Positions 51,825 to 64,000 of a stretch of DNA of 64,000 nt are shown here, one piece after another (positions within the stretch are counted from its first letter, which is position 1; every line of letters starts with the position of its first letter). Made by a program: the position numbers and the translations under genes. The stretch comes from Kudoa neothunni (taxonomy: Eukaryota > Animalia > Cnidaria). The notes under the pieces are model-generated. The model did no database searches and was not told the origin of the DNA. It saw only the letters and a program-made list of their open reading frames with translations. The stretch is from positions 12,343,843-12,407,842 of the forward strand of contig OZ199838.1 of the NCBI GenBank assembly GCA_964304625.1, in the 5' to 3' direction.

Positions 51825-53054
51825 CAGTAGTGTATGGATGTAACGCAGAAATTGGGAAGTTGAAAAGCACTGCGTCGTATCCATTTTTGCGCTGGACATA
51901 TTCGAATAGCACATGCGTTTGGCAAAAATAACAATTTTCCAGCGATAATATAATCAATAATAAATTAATTTGAAGAAAAAATTAACTTGTATACTTTTTC
52001 ATATTAAAATAATGTTCTTTTTTTTGTTATGAAAAAAACTGTTTAAATATTGATTCAACCATTTCATGTTCGGTTTATATTGCCAAGCATTGACAAAATT
52101 TTATTTAGAAAGGGTTTTCTAAATTTAGTCAATTAATATAGTTCCTCTTGGTTTTATATAATAATTTTATCAATATAATCAGAGTCGTCATCAATACTGT
52201 CAAAATCACGAAAATCTGGTGTTGTCAAAATATCAGAGGTGTCGATTGTGTTGCTTCCGAAAGTTTCTTCAATAGGATTTGTTAATTATAGTGATTTTCC
52301 CCTTCAATCAACTCAATTATGTTATGATTAAATTGATCATCATCGGAATCATCATCTAGTGGATTTTCAGAGGAACATTGATTTCCTAAAGAAGTTAACT
52401 ATGGTTTCCTTTTGATGTATTCCCATAATTTGATTGTCGAATGAATAACATCCAAGGCATTAGTTACAATGTAGCCAATATCTTGAAATTCGATCTGATA
52501 TATGAATGACGTCATTAGATTTCTTTTGTGCATCATTTTGAAAATTTATCAATTCCATGATCCAATGGCTGTAGCACATCGGTTGTGTTCGAAGGAAAGT
52601 AGCAGTGTTACATTAGACAAATATTTTTTTGGTGAGCTAAGAAATAGCCGAGAAATGATAAAAAATTACTCACTTAGAAATAATGAGTTGCGTTTTCTTG
52701 AATAATAGAAAAGACACAAAAATAGGACTGGTCATTCAGACCTTTTTATTGTACGATATGAACACGTAAAAACTTATAATTTCGAGTTTTTTGAAAGTGT
52801 AAAGTGGTTTTGTGTCGCTAAGATTGACGCTCCACCCATTATTTTTCGCAAAGTTCAGATTAAGCGCTGCGCTCGAGTCATTTTTGCGTTAGATATATTC
52901 AATAAGTTTTCAACCATAATACTTTGTTTAAAACCAATTATTTATTAACAAATAATCTATTTTGTATTAAAATATCTATTTAAACTTGAATTAAACCAAA
53001 ACAATTAGTAAAGAAGTAAATTTTAAAAAATTGCGTACAACCCATACACTACTC
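51825..53054 (-). mobile_element. Internally deleted pogo/Tigger-like element
   Basis: TA TSDs; TIR (C/G)AGTAGTGTATGG..TA(A)CGCA; remnant NALDVI..LWEYIKRKTIVNFFRK. Confidence 0.75.
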
Positions 53055-54160
53055 TATTTTATTTGTGTGTAACTCCTAGTATAATATTTCTTTAGGAAAA
53101 TAAGACTTTCAACGATGAATTAAATTATAAACAATTAGGGAAAACATTACAATGAAATATTAAACTCTCAATATGTTTGTTGGTCATTATGATGAAAATA
53201 TGTAATTCAGAAAAAGTTAAATATTTCTGTTTTACGTTTTTTGATTAAATTTATTATAGGTGTTATATTTTTAATTATAAAAAACATATAGATTGATACC
53301 ATTATAATGTTGGAAACAACTATTTAAAAAATCTGATGGTAGATATCTTCCAATATTAATTTCATATCATTTAAATTTAGTTATTGACAACCGCTAAAAA
53401 TATTTATAAACTAAGACATCATTATTGATTATTGAAAATGATGTTTAATTGTAAACATTTTATTTAAATACTGAAAGCAGGCCTATAATTATAAATGATA
53501 AGTATTAAAAAGCGAATAATATATTGGAACAAATTTCGCTTTTTGGATTTAATTATCAAATTTTTTTGCGGCACAATTAAAAATTAACATTTTTAAACCC
53601 ATTTTTTATAAAAATCTTTTATTACGCTTTTCAACTGTACCGATATCTAATTGCATCATTGTTAAAAAATTAAATGAATATAAAAATCAACGATTATATA
53701 AGATGAAATCACAAATTTGGAAATTAAATTAAACGTAAAATAACAACTCACTCCAAACAATCGCACACCCATATGTGTTATGGTTCTTACGTATATCTTT
53801 TGCTTTTTTTTACTCAACCCAACCTTGGTAAATCCAAATCTGTTTTTAATTTAATTCCCAAAATTAGATTTAAAAGAAAAATTTGTCGAAAAGTAATTCA
53901 GAAGGAACACCTTTCTAGATACACAAAGACGATCAAGTTTGCCTTGAATTCTCAATTTTTTAAATTTTAATAAATCTAACAAGATGGCTGTATCATTATT
54001 AATCAGTTAGATCATGGGAAACATGTGAAATTATAGAACCTGATTTTTATTCTTATAAGAATAATCCATCTATTTGAAATGAAAATGACCACATCACGTA
54101 TGTATTAAACACAGAAAAACTGAAGAATTCTATCTCAGAAATACTCTGTCACATTATAAC

Positions 54161-55810
54161 TAGAGCGTGTAATTTTCGACGTTAATTTTTATAAAATTCT
54201 TCGATTGAAATCGACGTTTTTCACATAAAAAGGATTAGTGCGACCATTGGGAGGTTTTTTTTAAAGTATGCACATCTAGAGTACAAATTAATTGATTATC
54301 AAAATTGTACCATTTAAAATTATGTAAATGACATAAATCATTTATTTGAATGTAGACTTATTAAAAAAAATCCACCTTTAATTAGATGAATATCAAAAAT
54401 ATTATTTTATTATAACGAAACTTAATAACTCTGACAGAAAATAATATAATTATATCAGTTATTAATATTTAATGTCTCCATTGTAATATAGTGGCATGAT
54501 CATTGAGCACTTCTTTTTAAAATGAAAATCTATATAATGTGAATAAATGCCTCATTTCTGAAAAGCTTCTTTCAATAGCGATTGAAGAAGTAGGAATTGA
54601 TAAAATATCCAGAGCTATTTTTGATAATATTGGGACTAATCTCTTGTTGATCCAAAAGTGTGAATCACCATTCACATCTATATCATTTATGGAGGATAAT
54701 AATTGAAGTTGAACTTTTATTAATGTTATTTGTTCTATACTTAAGAATTTTGCAATGTCAGGTATATTTATTGATTTAAAATTCATATTTTTGGTTGTAT
54801 CAAGGTTCTTGACAGTCTCCATGAACGTTGATGATATACATTCGAATACATTTGAACAAGTCATTTCATTCGCACATTCAACAAACTTTGAAAATTTGTT
54901 AATTTGATTCAATATTTCGTTAATACAATATTAGAGACTATACCATCTGCAATCATTTACACGGGGTATTTCTTTTAAATATTCAATATCATGTTTTATT
55001 AGATGATACATAAAAATCTTCCTAGCACATTTGTTTTTTGAAATAAGTACCGAAAATTTAATGCAAACAAATCTTACATGATGCTGAATCTGATATAATA
55101 GCCAAACAATTGTTCCCATCGAGTTTATATTTTGTCATCGCTTGAGAAATATGGTTGGGAATAATCACTGAGTTGCATTCACGTAAAATCGTGGAATCCA
55201 ACATAAAGACCATTTTTTTATTCAACGAGTGATCATAGAAACACACTAAAGTATGAAACAATGGCCGATTTTTGAAATCCGGAGTCTCGCCAATCATTAA
55301 TGAAATCCGCACATTGATCAATATAAGCGTCAATACTTCAACATTTTTGTCAAATAATAGTCTACCATCAGGTAAAGATCGCGTGATAGGACAGTATTTT
55401 GTAATATAGTTGTGCAGGGGAGTATGCTTAGCAATGGATTTAAAAGATAGTCTACTATAAATTACTATCGAAACTAAATCGGTTTCCATTTCATCATTAT
55501 TTCGATCTCTATAAAACGAATTAAGGAACGGATACGTATGTTTTGACAAATTAATCAATGAATTATGTTTTTTTCTTAGCTGAATGATCCTGTATTCTAT
55601 TCTGTTGTGCTGGGGGGTTAACATTGCAGTATTCGTATACCAAAACATTGTCAAATATTTGAAGACACGACCATTCGTCAAAAAAATAATTGTCTTCTAT
55701 TTCTCGCCATATGTTTAAATGCCGTGAAACCTGATAAATCCGGAGAAAATAGACGTCAATTTTTTTATAAATTCGACGAAAATAGACTTTAATCGGAAAT
55801 TACAGATCTA
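54161..55810 (-). mobile_element. hAT transposon (TAGA termini), broken transposase
   Basis: TIR TAGA..TGTAATTT(T/C)CGA; perfect TSD ATTATAAC at 54153-54160 and 55811-55818; hAT dimerisation motif LSKIALDILSIPTSSIAIERSFS. Confidence 0.92.
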
Positions 55811-56240
55811 ATTATAACTTAAGACCAAAATGAATCGAATGATTTCTATCCAATGATGGATAGGATATCTAATATTGTAAAATATACCTAGAAATGTACT
55901 TTCATAGCAATTTTTCTAAAAAATAAATGATAATTAGTTTATTAAAAAAACGAGTTTTATATTCCACGCGCGCGCAATTAGATGGATATTGCGTATCTTT
56001 ATTAAGTCCCTAAAAAGGTGCGCAATAACTGTTACTAACTGTAGTTGAAATTAAAAATATTTGTTGGGTATTATTTTAGAACTAGCCTTCAAAGATAAAA
56101 AATAATTCAGTTTTATGCGCATGTGTGTAGTGAAATATTTGCACATAAAGCCAGTCTATTTTTGTATATACTTCATCACTGCTAAAAATATATGTGTGTA
56201 AAGATTTTTTTAGAAATAACATTAATTAACATCGATTCAT

Positions 56241-56985
56241 ATGAAAATAGCCGAAATAGATAATAAAGCAAGTGAAAAACATAAACACGACGAGAAAAAT
56301 CGTGACTCAAAAATATTCAAAATACTATTTCTAACTGGAAGCACGATGGTGGCTTCTATTCTCGGATTTCAATACAGCAAATATAAAATGGTAAAACTGT
56401 CCCCATTAGATGGATGTGAAATGCCGAATACCAAAGTTGATCCTCAGATTCTCAGGGCTGAAGGGATGGAATTAGCCTTTAAGGCATTACGCAAAGCAAC
56501 GCTTTACAATGCACTACTATTTAGTAGTTCAATTGGGGCTTTTTTAGCCTATGTAAACTACCAAACTAGAAGCACATGTCAGGTGCGCCTTTTCTACTAT
56601 GAATTTAAAAGCCGATCAGCCGACTAAACTTAAACATTGAATAATTTTATATTTACACGGATCACATAGACGCATATTTTTTAAATTATTACGATGCAAA
56701 AGTGTGTTAAATAAATGTATGCAATGAATGGGTTGTTAGTCGATTGGTTTGATTATTCTGTCGAGTTATATTCTTCTCCTACTATTAATATCATTGATAT
56801 CGTTATAGTATAAATTATTTCGTATATTTATACAAGCTGTTGTAGGTGTGTTTGTGTGCTAATCTCAATTATAGGATAAAGCGATCTCTGAACGACTTAG
56901 ATTTTATTTGGATATTCAACCATCAACATCATCTACAAGTTTTTCGGACCTGCTGGATCATTTTAGAATTTCTAATAATGAATAA
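56241..56985 (+). CDS. TMEM242: TMEM242 (DUF1358) mitochondrial membrane protein, 2 exons
   Basis: FLTGSTMVASILGF..EGMELAFKALRKATLY; phase-0 intron 56583-56874 joins to DKAISERL..SFSDLLDHF..* (second exon inferred). Confidence 0.72.
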
Positions 56986-57488
56986 ACAACTCTTATTTTG
57001 TATACGATATATTTCTATTGGTGTGTATTTATTTGTTGATGTTAAGCCTTTATTGAATTGATTCATTTGTTTGAATAAAATTTAATCGACGAATTTATAA
57101 CGTATTCGTGAAGGGATCGTTATTTGTCTTATATGAGTATAATAATATGAAAACATAGTATGGGTGTTTAAAATTAGAATTTTGAATTTATGCGGGGATG
57201 TCGCATGTTATTTTGCTAGCTGCTCCCTATGGGCTTCGATAGTTGCGCTCTAAGTTGATCAGCGGTTATTCTCTTAGGATACAGCTGTCAATCCACCCAG
57301 TAATACTATTATCTAGGTTCAGGCAATCTATTTATTCATCAGACAATACATACGGGTTATAGTTTACAATTGTTTGAAGTCCTTTACCAGAGTGGCATTT
57401 GTTGTAGTAGTTTGTCTGCTGACCTCGAGTGGATTGATTTCGATTTTTATTCGTATTAGATACTCCACGCTGAACGAATACGTTAAGT

Positions 57489-60400
57489 ATGAAGCTAAAT
57501 AAACGTTCCAATTGGACATTACTTGTCAACACACACTGTGGACAGGAGATTAAAATTGATGCACCAGTAGCTTCGACATATTCGCCGTTGTCACTAACAA
57601 CCTCTTAGAAAACAGCGAATGCGTGTTTCATTAAAGAGAAAACGTGTGAGCAGTTGAATTATAGGCATCCACACTACTTTGGGCTTCAATATTCATACAG
57701 CAAACCAAAAGTAAGAGTATCTAACGAAAGTCGCTAGTTTCATAATTTGTGTCATTTAGTATGTTGGATGGCTGAATGAGAAAAAAAGTATAAAACACGA
57801 AGTTGAAAGTAATGCTACTCACTTGATTTTAGTTAAGATTATAATTTAACGATAAATGTTGTCTAATAAATTTACTAACATTGGATTTTTTATATAGAAA
57901 CTAATCTATCATTACAATTGGCATTTAAATTTTATGATCCTGAACCAGAGAATATTGCGTGTGACGCTTTAAGGTAATATTTACATTTTTTGAATGTCAT
58001 TTAATAATATCTTGGTTTCACTTTTGTAGGCATGCATTATATATACAGCTGAGAAAAGATATTGTTGTTGGTCGCCTTACAACAAATGAAAACGTACTGG
58101 CTAGGCTTGCAGGCTTATGTCTAAAAAGTGATGAATTTATTGAAATGTGTCGTCATTTTAATCATTTTCTTAGTTGAAAACGGCGATTTTAAAGATAATA
58201 ATGAATTTAAGAGAAATATGACTTCTTATTCATTTGCTCCTGCGAAAGTAGGTGTTTTGTTTTTTTAATTCAATTCACTAATAAGCAAGTTACGATTGTG
58301 TATAGAAATGAAAAAATATTTTCAAAAATTCATCATATTTATTTTTTTTAACTGAGGGTTTAAAGTTAAAAAATATTTTTGTCATATGTTTTTCTTGATT
58401 TTTGATGAATGTTTGCTTTTGTGTTTTATTAATTGATTTCTTACTAGATGAACTTGACCGTTGAACCAGATTCTGACTTTTATAATGAGGCTCTTGATAC
58501 ATATCGTGAATATCGCGGAAGAGATATCAAGGAGACTGAAATCGATTTTCTCAAAGTCTGCGCTAGCCTTCCATTCTATGGAATTCATAAGTTTAAATTA
58601 CTGGTATTCTTTATCATTTTTAGTGGATGTCGTTTTAATCCTTAATATACAATATGTATTTTTTGTTTATGTATTTATATTTGCAAATAGGATGTTGAAA
58701 AGAATGTAATTAACGTGGGGATTTGTTGTGATGGTGTCTGCTTACTAAATGGTGAAAGAGTCACAAATATAATTCTATGGTTAGCAAATATATCTCGTTT
58801 TAATCAAATAACATGTGTATTTAGGTGTGTCATCAGATCAATATACATAAAAAATACAGATGTTTCTATACATATAGTTCCTAAGGATATACGAACTAAT
58901 CGATTAAACCAAGATAAATTGATAGCGAAATATGGCTTCAGGGTTGATCAATGTTTTGATATCTACGAACTTTTTCCTTCAAATGTGGCCGTCTACAAAA
59001 CCGAAACGCTAAGTTATTCGCGAGATTTTTATCATCTTCTGGTTGCTGCGTACAACTTTTTTCACTGCAAACAATCGGGAAAATCCAAAAATTCCAATGA
59101 TATAATTGATATGACACTCGATCAACTAAGGGAAAGCTACGGGTCGGTACAACAATTAGATGATGCACAGTCGCAATCAAACCAATCAATAAGATTCAAA
59201 ACAGTTCACTTTACATCTCAATCTGCCAACCAAATTACCCCAAAACGTAGACAACGTAGCACTTTCTTCAATGAGGGCGCCCTTAGAAGAGCGTCTGTCG
59301 TAGCAATAGGTGTTGATGAGGAAGTTGCGGATGATGGTACGCTTCACTCATCCAAAATGAAAGATATATTATCGCGCCAGGTATTTTTTAAATAACCATC
59401 ACTTTATATCATCCATTTGTGGCAGTAGAGTAAGTTAAATAGTTGAATGTCAGTTAATTTATTTAAATATTGCTACTATGGAGTCATCATATCAACCCTT
59501 GAAGGACCATGCTCATATAACTTACGTGTGCTAACATGAGCGTTCATTATAGACTCCAATCATTTTCCCTTAAAATTTTCCAATATTTTTACAATTTTAA
59601 ATGTTCAATAAAAAATAATAAAATAAAATAAAAATTCAAATAAATCATCACCGAACCAATTCCATAGAGTCGAAATATTCAACAGACAAATTTCCATTCA
59701 ATTTTTCTATCTGAAATTTATTTAAGTCTTTCATTTTCAAATTTTTTGTTTGTGGCCCGAAAATAATATATTACGTAAAATTGGTTATTTCTAACGATTT
59801 TAAAAGTTAAAATTCTCAAAATAATTTTTGTCAGCCATTATCATCAAATTACGTGGAAAAATGAAAATTACATGATAATCCCATTAGTATGTATTATAAC
59901 CACGTAAAAATTTTATGATGTCTTATAATGCATTGAAAATTTGTTTTGTATTCGATTTGTAAACAATGACTTAATATAATCAATATGCTTATATTGATCA
60001 TTTTTTTGTGTAGTAGATATATAATTAATGACAATAATAGTTTATTTGATAATACACCACAAAAATCTTTGTACAAGGTTTTAAATTAATATCCCAACTT
60101 TTTCAAATAAATACATGAATATTTTCAGGTAGCAAAAATTTATTTTAACGCAAAACTTAAAATGTATTACAATTATACGCATAAATAAATTAAATAAAAA
60201 TGGCGCTATCTTAGATTTTTGGATGCGTTTTTTAGTGTTATGTTTCACAAAAAATAATTTTAATTTGTTATTAAATAATTAAAATCATTATAAATCTTTA
60301 AAACTATTTTTTATAAAATAATAAAAATAGAGCGTCATGGAGACATAATTTTTCTCTTGTTCATTGAAATTTTAAAAGGACACGGGACACAGAAATGTTA

Positions 60401-62096
60401 ATGATATAAAGATATTTAATTTGAACCATGTTTAAATCAAACAAAAGTAATTAAACTATTTTTTTGAGGAATTTTATACTGAAACACAGTCGCAGCACCT
60501 ACATACATCATCCATTAAAATTTCCGGTGAATATCAATAATCCGTATATTACTATATTACTAGAGGCAGATTATTAACTGATAAAACGTTGTCAAATCAT
60601 GAAACGATTCATATCATCTTAAGTATTTCAATAATTATAAAACTAATAAACTTTATTGACCCAGTTAAAATAATAAAAACCTTTATCATTAAAAATATTT
60701 GAAAGCTAACGATAATATAAAGTTTGATGTTAATTCCTCGACAGCCCAGCTGAAATAATAGGAATTCTTGAATAGTTTAAAATTATTTTATTATAAATAA
60801 ATTTTTATTTTTAGTATGGTCAAAAATTGGTATTATTAATGCATTATAAAGAATTTTAACAGGCAATAAATACATTATAGATTAAACGTGTTGATTATTA
60901 TGAAAAATTTCAAATACTTTTATTACATACCAAATATAAAATTTTTATGCGTTCATAAAAAGCTATACAGTCCATGTGGGATTTTTTGAGCGTATGTATG
61001 TTCGAAAACGATATATCGAAAATGCGGTCACAAAATACTTAACGCGGTCCCAAGGGGGGGGGGGTTAATAATTTTATCGCAAATTGATAATTTTTATTAG
61101 AAAAATATGATAAGGAGTAAAAATACACGAAGCACACTTATTCCTCTGTCGGACATTAATGCAAGACGAAGATCGAGCACAATAAATGCTCTCGATGGCG
61201 CAATTACTCCTTATGCAGCCGATAGCCCTAATAAAGTAAATGATAGATTCTCTTTGGGCTTCCAAACTCTAAGCAAAAACCATGATAATCATTTGTTTGG
61301 GAGCCAAAGCCATCTATCACTTTTAAACACCGATTCATTTAACTCTACTGTTCCCTCCAGAATGAGCATCAACTTTAAAAATGAGTCTACCAACAGTGGC
61401 CTATCAAATATAGATGTGGAATATAGCTCCGATTCTTCCATCAATAATTTACGCATTGAAAGCATTGAAAATTTGAGAAAATCTAGTGATATCGGTTCTC
61501 ATTTGTCAGCATTGTCTCCCGCTCAAAACGACACCGATTTTAATTTTATTGGAGGTCTTAAAATCTCCGACGGGAAAAGTTTCGATAATCATGAAACGTA
61601 TTACTATTGATTTTAGATTCGGTTATTCAAAGTTAATTCAATTAAAATTTATAGTGAAATACTGAACGAACTTATCAACTATAAACCTACCACAAATACT
61701 TATCCCAGATCTGCCGATCTTCTAGATTTTATCGGTGGTGAGAACACCCTAGAAGAAGCAAAAGTTCTTGGTGATGTGATTACAAAAATCAAAAACAATG
61801 GGCCATCAACACCCTATGAATTCACAGATAAACCGGAGAATACTGAATCAACTACTAAATGGATACAATCCATTGGCAGCGTGCCCCAAGGACACCTCAA
61901 CAGTGGGTCGATCAAACCGTCAATTGACGAAGATTACCTTAAAGTTTGTTAAAATTTGAGTTTAAACTCCAACATCAATATATTTTAGAGTTTTGAAATT
62001 CTTGAAAATGAATGTAATGCGGAAAACCAAATCAACCCAATACTTGAAGCGAATCAATCACACCAACACGATAAATACAAAGCCGTGGATGATTAA
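57489..62096 (+). CDS. FERM-domain (band 4.1-like) protein with low-complexity C-terminus, multi-exon
   Basis: HYFGLQY, WLNEKKSI, KFYDPEP, LYIQLRKDIVVGRL, EIDFLKVCASLPFYGIH, VGICCDGV; 3' exons from 61101 joined through phase-0 intron 59381-61100 (inferred). Confidence 0.82.
59496..61064. mobile_element. Non-autonomous piggyBac-like insertion inside the FERM intron
   Basis: TCAA-CCCTTGAAGGACC left end and GGTCCCAAGGG(G)n-TTAA right end. Confidence 0.55.
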
Positions 62097-63655
62097 GTGC
62101 TATCGATGTAGATTCAGCAATTTAAATAATATTCAAACCTTAGCATTTATCGTTTGTTTATATTTTCAATTATTGAATTTTTTTTCTATTTTATCATTAT
62201 TTTCTAATTAGTAGTAGAATATCCAGCCGTTTTGATTTATTGAAATAAACTATACTTTGTTTTTAAAAATTTTCTGCAAGTAAAGTTTTAATGAACTTTA
62301 AACAATTTAGATTCTTTACTTCAAGAGATCCAATTTTCTAAAGCTTAAACTTTGTCATCCGCCTAGGATAAAAACTCGCGTGAAAATGGTTATATGGGCG
62401 TATTATGATCGGAATATAGATCATAATTCAAATTTAAAATTACTAATTAAAAAAATTAAAAATACTCATAAAAATGATAGTTTAAATCTTCATTCAAATA
62501 CAGGGAACCTTTTATCCATGATTAATTCTTTCAATGATTAATTAAAGAAGAGGAAAACGATAGGTAAAGCGTCCATAGAAGACAATCTTTGCACTCAGCT
62601 ATTGTTTTTTAGCCTGGACAATATGACATGGAGGTGTTAGGTAGAGATCGCATGCCACGAAGTTGCGAGTTCGATACCTAGTCCTGACGTTCCTGTACTC
62701 CTCATTCGAAATTAAGTAGGGAGGCTGTATTATTTAAATTACTGATCAATACTGGAAAAAATTAGAGTTGCCTGATACCAATAAAATTTCTTTTTTTTAA
62801 CTAGTATATAATTAAGAATGGTGTCTCAAAATAATAGCTTTCAAATTTTAAGAATTTTTCATCCCAACGCAGTTGGATACATGTGTAATCTCCATTATTT
62901 TTCAACAAACATTGAATTGATCTCTAATTTGTTGTTGATAATCATTCATAAATTGGTTCTATTTCGTATTATTTACCATATAAACACAAATTTTATAATA
63001 TTAAAATTAAATATACTGGTTTTTTTAGGTTTTAAGCATGAATAGTTTAAAGGCGAGAAGACAACTACGTGCTCTCAAAATATATTTTATTAATTATCTT
63101 TGAGCTGATGAGTTTTTTCAATAATTAATCAACATTATATTTGAGATCAACATTTAATTTCAATGGTAAAATAACTTAAGGCAGATTTTAGGAAGTTCAT
63201 ACTTTTTAGGAATAATTCTCACATGTGTGTTTAGTTTTGCACTCGATAAACGTAAAAATGTAGTTATAAAAAAACCTAAAAACGAAAAAACTGTTAATTC
63301 TATAAAATTATTTGTTTAAATCAATTATGTGTGTACCGATAAAAATAATAACGCTAGTTAACACATTGTGTTTACATCTTGTGGTATTCTCAATTCGTAT
63401 ATTTAGCCGAATTTTTTGTTACCAAATTTTGACATATAAAAAATATTTAAAAAACAATAAAAATATGGCTTAACACTTTTTTCGATATTTTGCAAATACT
63501 GCAAGGTAAAATAATTTAATATTATCGTATTATAAAATTAGGTTACTGAATTTTAATAATAAAAATTGGATAAATTCTTAATTTCTAATAAAAAATTAAA
63601 TAAAACAAATTGTACGACATCAACATCTATTCTTAAAATTCAAAAAGTATTTTCA

Positions 63656-64000
63656 TTATAGTGAAAAATGGGATATTTTTGGCATGTGCCTAATATGTTT
63701 TCTTTGTGACCTTGGGTTTTTACCGATAGTCTCATTGGACGCCCCGGTTGGCGAGTAGTCGCCGTGTCTATTATACCGCCAGTTGCCACGCATGACTAAA
63801 ATTAACGCGTTTTCCAAGTTTCGATTGTAGGAGAATTTTACTGGGAACATTGAACCGTTTCTAGCTAAGGATTTGTTGTATATCATAACGAATACAACAA
63901 TCCCCTTCGATATATATTTGAAGAGTAAATTATTGGGAGCATTGTAAACCGCATAAACATAACTAATATTTGAGGAAATATTTTAAAATTACTTAGAAAT
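63656..64000 (-). CDS. Possible terminal exon(s) of an unidentified gene running off the window
   Basis: GC-richer 76-aa open frame next to short-intron-like signals; no recognisable domain. Confidence 0.3.

Noticed and set aside
62620-62690. tRNA-like sequence with GAGTTCGATAC B-box
   Set aside because: No consistent cloverleaf; at most a decayed SINE head
1-64000. CRISPR arrays, rRNA, prokaryotic operons
   Set aside because: None seen; the sequence is intron-containing eukaryotic DNA

Overview
Very AT-rich, gene-dense eukaryotic (animal-type) genomic DNA. Most spliceosomal GT-AG introns are tiny (about 35-60 nt), the proteins are strongly divergent, and there is a heavy load of decayed DNA transposons. 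This profile fits a reduced parasitic metazoan such as a myxozoan, but the taxon is inference only. Recognisable genes: 3' end of YKT6, N-myristoyltransferase, mitochondrial uL16, VPS36, BORA, PUS7 head-to-head with RPL24, a secreted five-Kunitz-domain protein, SEC20/BNIP1, TMEM242 and a band-4.1 FERM protein, plus one orphan multi-exon gene. Transposons include hAT, Mutator, Merlin, pogo and piggyBac elements, several with intact TIRs and target-site duplications. Most notable: (1) a composite box C/D-H/ACA scaRNA homologous to U85 just downstream of RPL24; (2) the rare long introns fold into nested stems that reduce their effective length to the short-intron size class; (3) a microhomology-mediated tandem duplication creating a BORA-VPS36 chimeric ORF; (4) twin inverted hAT MITEs bracketing NMT; (5) an NRF1-like GCGCATGCG palindrome in front of several housekeeping genes. 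All exon boundaries and folds were read by eye.
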